Part shown: positions 1-8,256 of the stretch, in pieces | Numbering within the stretch: the stretch's first letter is position 1 | Layout: each line of letters opens with the position of its first letter | Source of the DNA: a virus | DNA: 64,000 nt | Virus record (IMG/VR): IMGVR_UViG_3300021373_002801 | Coordinates: 1-64,000 of that record | Strand: one strand, 5' to 3' | Position numbers and translations under genes: made by a program | The notes under the pieces: model-generated | Told to the model about the DNA's origin: nothing | The model's input: the letters and a program-made list of their open reading frames with translations, nothing else | The model's database searches: none

Positions 1-455
1 AAGCATTTGCCGCTGAATACGGCAATAGCTATCTTAATGAAAAATCAGAGACTGCAAAGTTAATGAAAGTAATTAATATCAAAGACAAGCAGCTAACAGA
101 AGCTAAGAAAGCGGTTGAAGAAAAGAAAATGTTAGCAGAAGCTAAACAAGCTGAAATCAAACGCATGACTAACGCAGCTCAAAGAAAAGAAGTCATAAAT
201 GAATTAACTGCTCCTCTAAACAGGGATCAAAAAGAAATTATGATAGATTTACTGGAATCGGTTCAAACTGACAAACTAAAAACACAGTTTGACAAGTATC
301 TACCGGCGGTCATTGACGGTAAAACTCCAGAAAAGAAGGCGACACTGACAGAAGGCACATCACATACAGGCAATAGAGAAGAAATAAAAAGTCATGACAA
401 CGCAAGCATAGATAGCAACGTGGTTGATATCCGTAGACTTGCAGGATTAAAATAA
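1..455 (+). CDS. Prohead core/scaffolding protein (gp22-like), 5'-truncated
   Basis: Frame is open from position 3, upstream of the called ATG at 63. Product is coiled-coil and charged, ends 'IRRLAGLK', and lies directly upstream of the major capsid gene as in T4-like phages. Confidence 0.7.
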   Translation, partial: AFAAEYGNSYLNEKSETAKLMKVINIKDKQLTEAKKAVEEKKMLAEAKQAEIKRMTNAAQRKEVINELTAPLNRDQKEIMIDLLESVQTDKLKTQFDKYLPAVIDGKTPEKKATLTEGTSHTGNREEIKSHDNASIDSNVVDIRRLAGLK

Positions 456-466
456 GGAGAAACCAA

Positions 467-1639
467 ATGTCAGAACTATTAGAAAGTCGCTGGCAGGACA
501 CCAAAACTGCACTTCTTGAAGGCCTACAAGGCACAAAGAAACAGGTAATGGCAAGCACTCTTGAAAATACTCGCAAGTATCTTTCAGAGACAGCCACTGC
601 AGGTGCTACCTCAGCCGGTAATGTTGCAACTCTTAACAGAGTTATTTTACCAGTCATCAGACGTGTGATGCCAACTGTGATCGCAAACGAGATCGTTGGT
701 GTTCAGCCTATGACAGGTCCAGTGGGTCAAATCCACACACTAAGAGTACGCTACTCAGATACAGTAGGCACAGGCGCAAGCGGTGCTGTAGCTGGTGAGG
801 AAGCTCTTAGCCCATTCAAGATTGCTGAAGCATATTCAGGTAATGCTACATCAGGTAAAGCTGATGCAACTGCTGCACTTGAAGGTGCCGCTGGTAACAA
901 AATGTCAATTCAGATCTTGAAACAAACTGTAGAAGCAAAAACCAGAAAGCTATCAGCTCGCTGGACTTTTGAATCTGCACAGGACGCACAGTCACAGCAC
1001 GGTATCGACGTTGAAGCAGAAATTATGGCTGCTTTAGCACAAGAAATCACTGCTGAAATCGACCAAGAAATTCTTGGTTCACTTGCTACACTAGCAGGAA
1101 CTGGTACAGATACATTTGACCAGGCTGCTGTATCAGGTACAGCTACTTTTGTTGGCGACGAACATGCAGCACTTGCAGTTCTTGTTAACAGAGCAGCAAA
1201 CAGAATTGCACAGAGAACACGTAGAGGCGCAGGTAACTGGGCTGTTGTATCTCCAGCAATCCTAACAGTGCTACAAAGTGCAACTACTTCTGCGTTTGCA
1301 AGAACAACTGAAGGTTCATTTGAAGCTCCAACAAACACAAAATTCGTTGGCACATTAAATAACGCAATGAAAATTTACGTTAATACATATGCTGCAGACG
1401 ATGATGTACTTGTTGGTTACAAAGGCTCAAGCGAGTCAGATGCAGCGGCATTCTATTGCCCATACATCCCGCTAATGAGCTCAGGCGTTGTGCTTGACCC
1501 AACATCATTCGAGCCAGTCGTATCATTTATGACACGTTACGGATATGTTGAGTTATCAAACACAGCTTCATCGCTTGGTAACGCAGCTGACTACTTAGAA
1601 AAAGTAGAAGTAACAGCAGCAAACCTAAGCTTCAGCTAA
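467..1639 (+). CDS. Major capsid protein, T4 gp23 family
   Basis: gp23 motifs 'LPVIRRVMP..IANEIVGVQPMTGPVGQI', 'VEAKTRKLSARWT.E.AQD', 'EIDQEI', 'AFYCPYIPL', 'FMTRYG'; SD AGGAG upstream. Confidence 0.95.
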   Translation: MSELLESRWQDTKTALLEGLQGTKKQVMASTLENTRKYLSETATAGATSAGNVATLNRVILPVIRRVMPTVIANEIVGVQPMTGPVGQIHTLRVRYSDTVGTGASGAVAGEEALSPFKIAEAYSGNATSGKADATAALEGAAGNKMSIQILKQTVEAKTRKLSARWTFESAQDAQSQHGIDVEAEIMAALAQEITAEIDQEILGSLATLAGTGTDTFDQAAVSGTATFVGDEHAALAVLVNRAANRIAQRTRRGAGNWAVVSPAILTVLQSATTSAFARTTEGSFEAPTNTKFVGTLNNAMKIYVNTYAADDDVLVGYKGSSESDAAAFYCPYIPLMSSGVVLDPTSFEPVVSFMTRYGYVELSNTASSLGNAADYLEKVEVTAANLSFS

Positions 1640-1659
1640 GATTAGTAATTATAAACTTC

Positions 1660-1688
1660 AAAATAGGCCCTACGGGGCCTATTTTTTT
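1660..1688 (+). terminator. Rho-independent terminator after the capsid gene
   Basis: AAAATAGGCCC-TACG-GGGCCTATTTT stem with a cUACGg tetraloop, followed by a T-run. Confidence 0.9.
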
Positions 1689-1719
1689 GACTCCTAAAAA
1701 CTTACCTTTTTCCTTTTCG

Positions 1720-1727
1720 GATAAATA
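1720..1727 (+). promoter_or_regulatory. T4-like late promoter core (GATAAATA)
   Basis: Matches the TATAAATA consensus; intergenic, after a terminator. Confidence 0.7.
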
Positions 1728-1730
1728 CTT

Positions 1731-1803
1731 GTGTCAATAATCGTGTCACATAGTGTGGACTTATGCGGAAATGACCCACCGCGTATCCCTTAGAAGGGGA
1801 CAT
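1731..1803 (+). ncRNA. Candidate structured 5' leader (three hairpins, possible four-way junction)
   Basis: Stems CACA/TGTG (1747-1757), TATGCGG/CCGCGTA (1762-1785) and CCCT/AGGG (1787-1798), closable by GTGTC(1731-35)/GACAT(1799-1803). SD follows immediately. Confidence 0.45.
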
Positions 1804-1818
1804 TAAAGGAGAAAACAA

Positions 1819-2280
1819 ATGGGAAGACCTATTAACAAAGATAAAATTGGATTTGGTACAGGCCGAATCGCAGTAAGCAGACACTTTTTTACAGGTGGTG
1901 CAGAAGCAACGACAGGAGCACATATTTTGAGACAGATTGGTGATGCCAAATATGTTGTAAGATTAGATTCTAACAACGATGCAGGCGGACCATTTTCACC
2001 AAGAGATCATGCTAATGACGAAGTAATGACATTAGTTAACAAAGCAAATGGTGCAATGAGTGCAGGAGAGTTTAGAATTGACGCAACAGGAAGCGATTCA
2101 ACTGTATATCAAGTTACAAAGTTACGTAACAGAACTGTGCAGATTGAAGGATCAGGTGGAGGAGCCACTTCTTCAAGTGCGGACAATGCCATTTACGAAA
2201 TTGGTAATGCACCAGATTTAAGAGAAAATTCATCTGTGCCTAATGCCGTATTAAGTGTTTCTTTACCAAGGCAGTCTTAA
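1819..2280 (+). CDS. Hypothetical virion protein (possible head-associated)
   Basis: 153-aa ORF with strong SD (AAAGGAG), late promoter upstream, next to the capsid gene. Confidence 0.7.
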   Translation: MGRPINKDKIGFGTGRIAVSRHFFTGGAEATTGAHILRQIGDAKYVVRLDSNNDAGGPFSPRDHANDEVMTLVNKANGAMSAGEFRIDATGSDSTVYQVTKLRNRTVQIEGSGGGATSSSADNAIYEIGNAPDLRENSSVPNAVLSVSLPRQS

Positions 2281-2290
2281 AAAAATATTA

Positions 2291-2313
2291 TGTAGGGGTG
2301 TAATGCCCCTACA
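2291..2313. other. Intergenic GC-rich hairpin (stabiliser, or minus-strand terminator)
   Basis: TGTAGGGG...CCCCTACA 8-bp stem; an A-run lies upstream and there is no U-tail on the + strand. Confidence 0.5.
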
Positions 2314-2329
2314 CTATTAAGGAATTTTA

Positions 2330-3358
2330 ATGTCAAAAGTTTTAAGTGTAAACAACGGTAACTATACTGTTAAGGTAGAAGCAGGAGGACAAATAGTCCT
2401 GGACACTGCAAGAGGTTCTTTTGTAAGCGGAAAACCTGCAGGCACTGTAGTAATACGAGGTAGTTTAGAAGTTGAAGGAACAACTACCACAGTAGAAAGT
2501 AACGATACATTAATTAATGATAATATACTTACACTTAACAACGGACAAGCTGGCGCAGGAATAAGTGCATCAAAGAATTATCAATCAGGTATTGAAATTG
2601 ATAGAGGTTCAGAAGAAAATGCTAGTTTCGTTTTTGATGATAGCGTTACCTGGAATATAGGCGGAGATAGTGGTACTGGCGGATTTAAATTTTTTACAGG
2701 TGCCGGAAATAAAACAACTCTTGTTATAGATGGTATAAAATCCAATGGTGCGTTGTTTATTGATACAGGTAATAATGCAATTAGTGTTACAAATGCAACT
2801 GACTACGAAACTCGTGTTTTTCCGTATGCCGGTGGAGTAATTACAGGCGGGGCAATAGATGATGATTTAATACCAAATGCAAAAGCGGTTGTTGATTATG
2901 TTTCATTTGCATCTGCAAACGTTTTGCAAGATAGAATTGAAGAAGGCACTACATCTAAAACTTTTGTTGAAACAAAAGATTTTGAAGTTACCGGATCAGC
3001 TAGCCAAGTAAAAATTGGTGTGAATAACGTAGATAAAATTAGTGTTTATCAAAATTCAATTGAGTTAGAAGATATTTTAATTCAAGGAAGTCAAATAATG
3101 ACTTCTAGTAGTAACGAAAATCTACGTTTAGAAGCTGCTGGTACAGGCAGTGTACAGATAAACGATAAACTACTCATTACAACAACTTTACAAGCTGATG
3201 ATGCAGCAGTAGATCCATTGGCACCTAGTGCTGGATCTATAATTTACACAAAAGCCGAAGGCAATGGTGGAAGTGGTATATATTTTGTAAATAGTAGTAA
3301 TACACAAAATGAATTGATAAGTAATAATAGATCGTTACTTTACAGTATGATTTTTTAA
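2330..3358 (+). CDS. Virion structural / fibre-type protein
   Basis: 'VEGTTTTVESNDTLINDNILTLN' beta-repeat motif typical of phage fibres; C-terminal 'LLYSMIF' helix. Confidence 0.7.
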   Translation: MSKVLSVNNGNYTVKVEAGGQIVLDTARGSFVSGKPAGTVVIRGSLEVEGTTTTVESNDTLINDNILTLNNGQAGAGISASKNYQSGIEIDRGSEENASFVFDDSVTWNIGGDSGTGGFKFFTGAGNKTTLVIDGIKSNGALFIDTGNNAISVTNATDYETRVFPYAGGVITGGAIDDDLIPNAKAVVDYVSFASANVLQDRIEEGTTSKTFVETKDFEVTGSASQVKIGVNNVDKISVYQNSIELEDILIQGSQIMTSSSNENLRLEAAGTGSVQINDKLLITTTLQADDAAVDPLAPSAGSIIYTKAEGNGGSGIYFVNSSNTQNELISNNRSLLYSMIF

Positions 3359-3367
3359 GGAAACAAA

Positions 3368-3694
3368 ATGGCAATAGTAAACGCAAGATTAACTGGATCA
3401 CAACTTAATGTACTTACAGTACCAGCTGGAAAAAGATATGCAATTACAAACATATTAGTTTGTAATAATGCAAGTAGCGGATCACAAGACTTTGATTTAC
3501 ATTTTATTGCTAATTCTGGAGGGTCTATAGGTACGCTTGATAATAATGTAACTAGAGTAATAGCAAATTTAAGTTTACCTTTTGGCGAAACATTTACATT
3601 TGACAGCGAAAAAGTAGTATTAGAACCAGGCGATACTGTATCCTTTGTTGGCCATGCAGATTTAGCAACTACAGTAAGTTATTTGGAAGTGTAA
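3368..3694 (+). CDS. Small beta-rich structural protein (~108-aa family, copy 1)
   Basis: Resembles the ORFs at 12065, 26641 and 60192 (TVP...I.VCN/TN...EK.VL). Confidence 0.7.
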   Translation: MAIVNARLTGSQLNVLTVPAGKRYAITNILVCNNASSGSQDFDLHFIANSGGSIGTLDNNVTRVIANLSLPFGETFTFDSEKVVLEPGDTVSFVGHADLATTVSYLEV

Positions 3695-4497
3695 TGAGAT
3701 TAATTAAAGCTCAAAATACAAATTTGAGAAACATCTACGGTAAAGGTGTAAAGTATGACGTAAATGATCAAGTTATACTTGATAGCACCAACACTGTTTT
3801 AGTGCCATCAGGCACGACAGCACAAAGACCTACATCGCCAGTAAATGGACACATGAGGTATAATACAACTGACGCTAGATTTGAAATATACGAAAATAAT
3901 AAATGGGACGGCTTAAAAGTTGCTGCACCATCAACTGCGGCGCCTGTTTTACAACAAAATTTAGGTAGTGGAGATGCTGTAGAAACAATCTTTGGGCCTC
4001 TCAATAGCGGTGATCCTTTTTATCCTGTACCGGCTGCGGCACAAAATATTTTAGTTTTTGTTGAAAATGTTTTTCAAATTTCAGGAACAAACTATACACT
4101 AGTACAAAATCCAGGCGCACAAAATACTATTACAAATATTATAAGCACTGGAGTAACCACAATAATAGAAACAGCAACAGCACATGGTTTTACTACTGAC
4201 GATCTAATATATGTTAGTGGAGTTGAAAGCACAATTGATGATGCAGTTGAAAATCTAAACACAGACGATTCAAGTTCCCCGGGCAGTCATACTATTACAA
4301 GTATTCCTTCAACTACTAGAATAGAAATAGCTGTTAATACAGCAGGCGGTAACACTGCTAATTATATTGCAAGTAGCGGTATTATACTTAAGGCAGGCAC
4401 ATCAACAGGACCGTATCTTCCAGGATACTATCTATCATTTACATCAGCACCTGATTTAGATAAACCTATAACAGTCCTACACAACTTCGACAAGTAA
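3694..4497 (+). CDS. Virion/fibre protein with a TAQRP motif
   Basis: 'VPSGTTAQRP...GHMRYNT...FE.Y' motif; 'TATAHGFTTDDLIYVSGV' beta-domain; TAATG coupling to the upstream gene. Confidence 0.7.
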   Translation: MRLIKAQNTNLRNIYGKGVKYDVNDQVILDSTNTVLVPSGTTAQRPTSPVNGHMRYNTTDARFEIYENNKWDGLKVAAPSTAAPVLQQNLGSGDAVETIFGPLNSGDPFYPVPAAAQNILVFVENVFQISGTNYTLVQNPGAQNTITNIISTGVTTIIETATAHGFTTDDLIYVSGVESTIDDAVENLNTDDSSSPGSHTITSIPSTTRIEIAVNTAGGNTANYIASSGIILKAGTSTGPYLPGYYLSFTSAPDLDKPITVLHNFDK

Positions 4498-4500
4498 TCC

Positions 4501-4508
4501 AATAAATA
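4501..4508 (+). promoter_or_regulatory. Late promoter core (AATAAATA)
   Basis: Intergenic, upstream of SD AGGAG and a TTG start. Confidence 0.6.
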
Positions 4509-4527
4509 CTGTGTCAGGAGAATAAAT

Positions 4528-7500
4528 TTGGCACAAGTAGGTAGAATATCCGGTCCGCTATTACAGGACAATCTTTTAAGAAATGGTTTAGATCTTGCTT
4601 TTCGCAATGATTCTGGAACCACACAACTTCTTTATCTTGATGTCAATACTGGCAAAGTAGGCATTAATAAAAACGCTCCTATTGTAGAACTAAACATTGA
4701 AGGCGATGCACGTAGCACTAATTGGAATACTACTGCACTTACAAGTTTGACCGGCTACGAAATAAGTAACAACAACATTAATGTACGTTCTGGAAATATT
4801 AATTTAAATGCAGGCACAGCAATTAGATTAAGTAATCTAGAAACAGAAGCATTTCAAGCTACAGACAATACAATTAGCACACATATTTCTAATGCAAATA
4901 TTGATTTACGTCCTTGGCAAGAATATGAATTAGATACAAGCGACCCTTTCATTGCAGATCTAAATGATACACTTTTACAAGTTTCAAGGGGTCAAATAGG
5001 CCCTGGCAATGCAGACTACGAGTTTTGGACTACAGTTTTACCGAGTGGGTTTCAAAGAGGTGATTGGAACGAAAGCGGCTCAATTAGCATTGACGATGTT
5101 CTTGGATTTCTTAATTTCACAAGAGGAAATGTTAGCCCACCAAGTGCTGCATATGATCGTGGAATAGCAATAATAAATGCGAAATTACCTACTGTAGAAA
5201 GTTTAGCTAATACTAATGTCTCAGGAAATATACATGCAACTGGTAACATAACTACTGACGGAAATATAATATTTGGAGATCAAAATACTGATAGTATTAT
5301 CTTAAACGCAGAAGTTACATCTAGTATTATTCCTGCTGCTAACAACACGTATGCGTTAGGCGCACCAACAAAACGCTGGGACTATCTTTATAGCACACTT
5401 ATAAATGGAACTAATGTTGTTACTGGTAATTTTAATGTAAGCGGAATAGATCCATTAAGTCTTAGACAGGGGAACATATTTTGGGTTGCACAAAACGGTG
5501 ATGACAACAATGTAGGAGATCATCCTAACGGTCCTTTCAAAACACTTAAACATGCTCTTGATGTTGTTGATGCAAGCACACAAGGACCTGTTACAATACA
5601 TGTAATGCCTGGCGGATATGAAGAAGAACTTCCTTTGGTTGTGCCTAGTAATGTAACTATCAAAGGTGAAGATTTTAGAAATACAATTATACGTCCTACT
5701 AGTGCTGATCAATCAAAAGATGTTTTCCACCTAAACGGTGAAACTACAATAACGAATATTACTATAAAAGATTTTTATTATGACAGCGGCAATGACACAG
5801 GTTATGCATTTAGATTTGCGCCCGGCGCAGTAATAAGCACACGCTCTCCTTATATACAAAATGTAACAGTAATCACTCAAGGTACTACAACAAGTCCAAG
5901 TGATCCGAGAGGATTTGCAAGTGGTGATGCAGGCAAAGGCGCACTTATTGACGGAGCATCAGTGCCTAGTGCAAGTAATGAAGCAAGTATGCTTTTCCAT
6001 TCAGCAACATTTATTACACCAGGTGTTGATGCAATTACAATGACAAACGGTGTGCGTGTAGAGTGGCTGAATAGTTTTACCTACTTTGCAAACAGAGGAT
6101 TGTATGCAAAAAACGGAGCAACAGGACATCTAAGCACAGACGGATCAACTGTACAATATGGTGCTGAAATTCGTTCAATTGGTTCAGCTAGTGTCTACGG
6201 AAACAAAGGCGCAGAAGCAGACGGCAACGATTGTATCATGTATCTTATTGCACATAACTTTGCTTACATAGGTGCAGGTAAATTTGTAGATAATGATCCT
6301 AGTAGAGCCATACAAGCAAATGAAACAATAGAATTAAATAGCGGTAAAATTTATCATGTATCACAAGATCACGGCGGCGATTTCAGAATTGGTGATCAAT
6401 TCTTTGTTGATTTTGAAACTGGTACAACTAGTTTAAATCTTACAGCTGCACAAGTAGACAGTTTACAAACTTTGAATATTACTGACAGCAACGGCACAAC
6501 AATAGTAACACCAGCACTAATTGATATTGGTAATTTTAGAATATCAAACAATAACATTGATACACTATTTGGTGCAATGAATATAGATGCGGCTACAGAA
6601 ATTAAATTTAATAATGATGTAAACTTTAAAAAGAATTTAAGTCTAACTGGTAATATTAGTGTAGGTAGAGAACTTATAACATTTGGCGATACATTTGGAC
6701 AAGATACTATTGATATAAACGCTGATATTTCAAGTGATGTAGTGCCTGATATAAGCGGATATTATAATCTTGGAAGTAGTTCATATAAATGGAAACAAGG
6801 ATATTTTTCAGAAGCAAATATTGCTGACATAAAATTTAAAGACACAACAGTTACAACAACTATTTCAAATAGCAATCTAGAATTACAGGCCAACGGTGCT
6901 GGCGAAATATATCTACCAGATGCTGATTTAGAAATAACAAATGCCGCAACAGTAACAGGGTCAACAACTTTAAAAGATACAAATATTACAGGAAATGTTG
7001 TACTAGCAGGTAATTATAGTATTACAGATAATTTTAATCTAACGGGTAACTTGACTGTACAACAAAATTTTAGTGCAGTGCAAGCAACACTAGAAAAAGT
7101 CAATATCAAAAATAATGTTATAGAAACTTATTCAGGAAATGACAATTTAGATATCAGAGCAAGTGGCACAGGAAATATACTGTTTGACGAAAGTGTGATT
7201 ATAAACCAAAATCTTACAGTATCAGGAACAACTAGTGCTGTGGATTTATCTCTTGCAAGTGTGACAGCCGATCTCGCTACAGATGATATAGATATATTTG
7301 ATAATATAATTACCACTACAAATACAAATAGTAACTTAGATCTTAGAAGCACAGGATCAAGTACAGTGCAATTAGAGCAGATACTGTTAGACGGCACAAA
7401 CATAAGTTCTGCAAATAATATAACTTTCGATCCAACAGAAAATTTAATTATTAATACCGACAAGGCACTAAATTTACCTAAAGGAGATATCTCACAGCGT

Positions 7501-8109
7501 CCTCAAACACAAGGTGATGTACGATTTAACACAGAAAAAAATGTGTTTGAATTATATATAAATTCTGCTGTTGCACTTGGAGGTGTATATTCAGATAATT
7601 TGTTTACAAGTGTTTTAGCACATCCTACAAACAATACACTTCAACTAAACGTTGCCAATGTAAATGTAGGTAGTTTTGACAGTGACGGCATTAATATTCA
7701 CGCTATGCAAGTTGAGGATATTAATATCGATGCAAATACTATTGGTACAAACGTAAGTAACAGCGACTTAGAATTAGTACCAGACGGTTCTGGAGATGTT
7801 GTTATAGATAATATAACATTTGATGATAATGCTATTAGAAATACAGAAAATGATGCAGTAACACTATTAAGTAATACTGCTAAGGGTTACTGGAAATTTG
7901 GCGGAACTGGCACTATACGTATGCCCTTTGGCGATAACAGTACACGCCCTTCTACACCTGAAATAGGATTTACAAGAGTCAACACAGTATCTAACGAAAT
8001 GGAATCTTGGAACGGTACTTCTTGGGAAACATCAGCTGGTAGATTTGATAGTATTTCGGTAGAAGATATGGAAGACGAAGCTCTCATTCAGTCTCTAATC
8101 TACGGCTAA
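4528..8109 (+). CDS. Large fibre/appendage protein (GRISGPLL family, copy A) with a beta-helix domain
   Basis: N-terminus 'GRISGPLL..NL.R.G.DLAF'; pectin-lyase-like segment 'WVAQNGDD...PFKTLKHAL...PGGYEE'; NSNL.LR repeats; TTG start. Confidence 0.8.
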   Translation: MAQVGRISGPLLQDNLLRNGLDLAFRNDSGTTQLLYLDVNTGKVGINKNAPIVELNIEGDARSTNWNTTALTSLTGYEISNNNINVRSGNINLNAGTAIRLSNLETEAFQATDNTISTHISNANIDLRPWQEYELDTSDPFIADLNDTLLQVSRGQIGPGNADYEFWTTVLPSGFQRGDWNESGSISIDDVLGFLNFTRGNVSPPSAAYDRGIAIINAKLPTVESLANTNVSGNIHATGNITTDGNIIFGDQNTDSIILNAEVTSSIIPAANNTYALGAPTKRWDYLYSTLINGTNVVTGNFNVSGIDPLSLRQGNIFWVAQNGDDNNVGDHPNGPFKTLKHALDVVDASTQGPVTIHVMPGGYEEELPLVVPSNVTIKGEDFRNTIIRPTSADQSKDVFHLNGETTITNITIKDFYYDSGNDTGYAFRFAPGAVISTRSPYIQNVTVITQGTTTSPSDPRGFASGDAGKGALIDGASVPSASNEASMLFHSATFITPGVDAITMTNGVRVEWLNSFTYFANRGLYAKNGATGHLSTDGSTVQYGAEIRSIGSASVYGNKGAEADGNDCIMYLIAHNFAYIGAGKFVDNDPSRAIQANETIELNSGKIYHVSQDHGGDFRIGDQFFVDFETGTTSLNLTAAQVDSLQTLNITDSNGTTIVTPALIDIGNFRISNNNIDTLFGAMNIDAATEIKFNNDVNFKKNLSLTGNISVGRELITFGDTFGQDTIDINADISSDVVPDISGYYNLGSSSYKWKQGYFSEANIADIKFKDTTVTTTISNSNLELQANGAGEIYLPDADLEITNAATVTGSTTLKDTNITGNVVLAGNYSITDNFNLTGNLTVQQNFSAVQATLEKVNIKNNVIETYSGNDNLDIRASGTGNILFDESVIINQNLTVSGTTSAVDLSLASVTADLATDDIDIFDNIITTTNTNSNLDLRSTGSSTVQLEQILLDGTNISSANNITFDPTENLIINTDKALNLPKGDISQRPQTQGDVRFNTEKNVFELYINSAVALGGVYSDNLFTSVLAHPTNNTLQLNVANVNVGSFDSDGINIHAMQVEDINIDANTIGTNVSNSDLELVPDGSGDVVIDNITFDDNAIRNTENDAVTLLSNTAKGYWKFGGTGTIRMPFGDNSTRPSTPEIGFTRVNTVSNEMESWNGTSWETSAGRFDSISVEDMEDEALIQSLIYG

Positions 8110-8130
8110 ACAGCTATTATTTACAAATCA

Positions 8131-8138
8131 TATAAATA
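8131..8138 (+). promoter_or_regulatory. Late promoter TATAAATA
   Basis: Exact T4 late consensus, intergenic. Confidence 0.8.
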
Positions 8139-8145
8139 CTATTAA

Positions 8146-8256
8146 CGCTGCAATGGATCGACCAAATCCGTAGCGGGACAAACTGTGGTTAGCCAGCAAA
8201 GAGCATTAGCTGAAAATTAGGCTTGTGGGACAGGATCCCCGTGTTAAGGAGTAGAG
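8146..8256 (+). ncRNA. Conserved structured 5' leader, copy 1
   Basis: 8176-8256 aligns without gaps to 54342-54422 (68/81 identical by hand count). Stems AGCC/GGCT, AGC-N4-GCT and GGGA/TCCC. Confidence 0.65.

Noticed and set aside
1731-1803. tRNA gene
   Set aside because: No T-loop (TTCRA), D-loop GG, 7-bp acceptor stem or 7-nt anticodon loop.
8196-8216. Hammerhead ribozyme resemblance (GAG-stem-GAAA) in the leader RNA
   Set aside because: The CUGANGA core is absent (GCAAAGA instead) and there is an extra U before GAAA.
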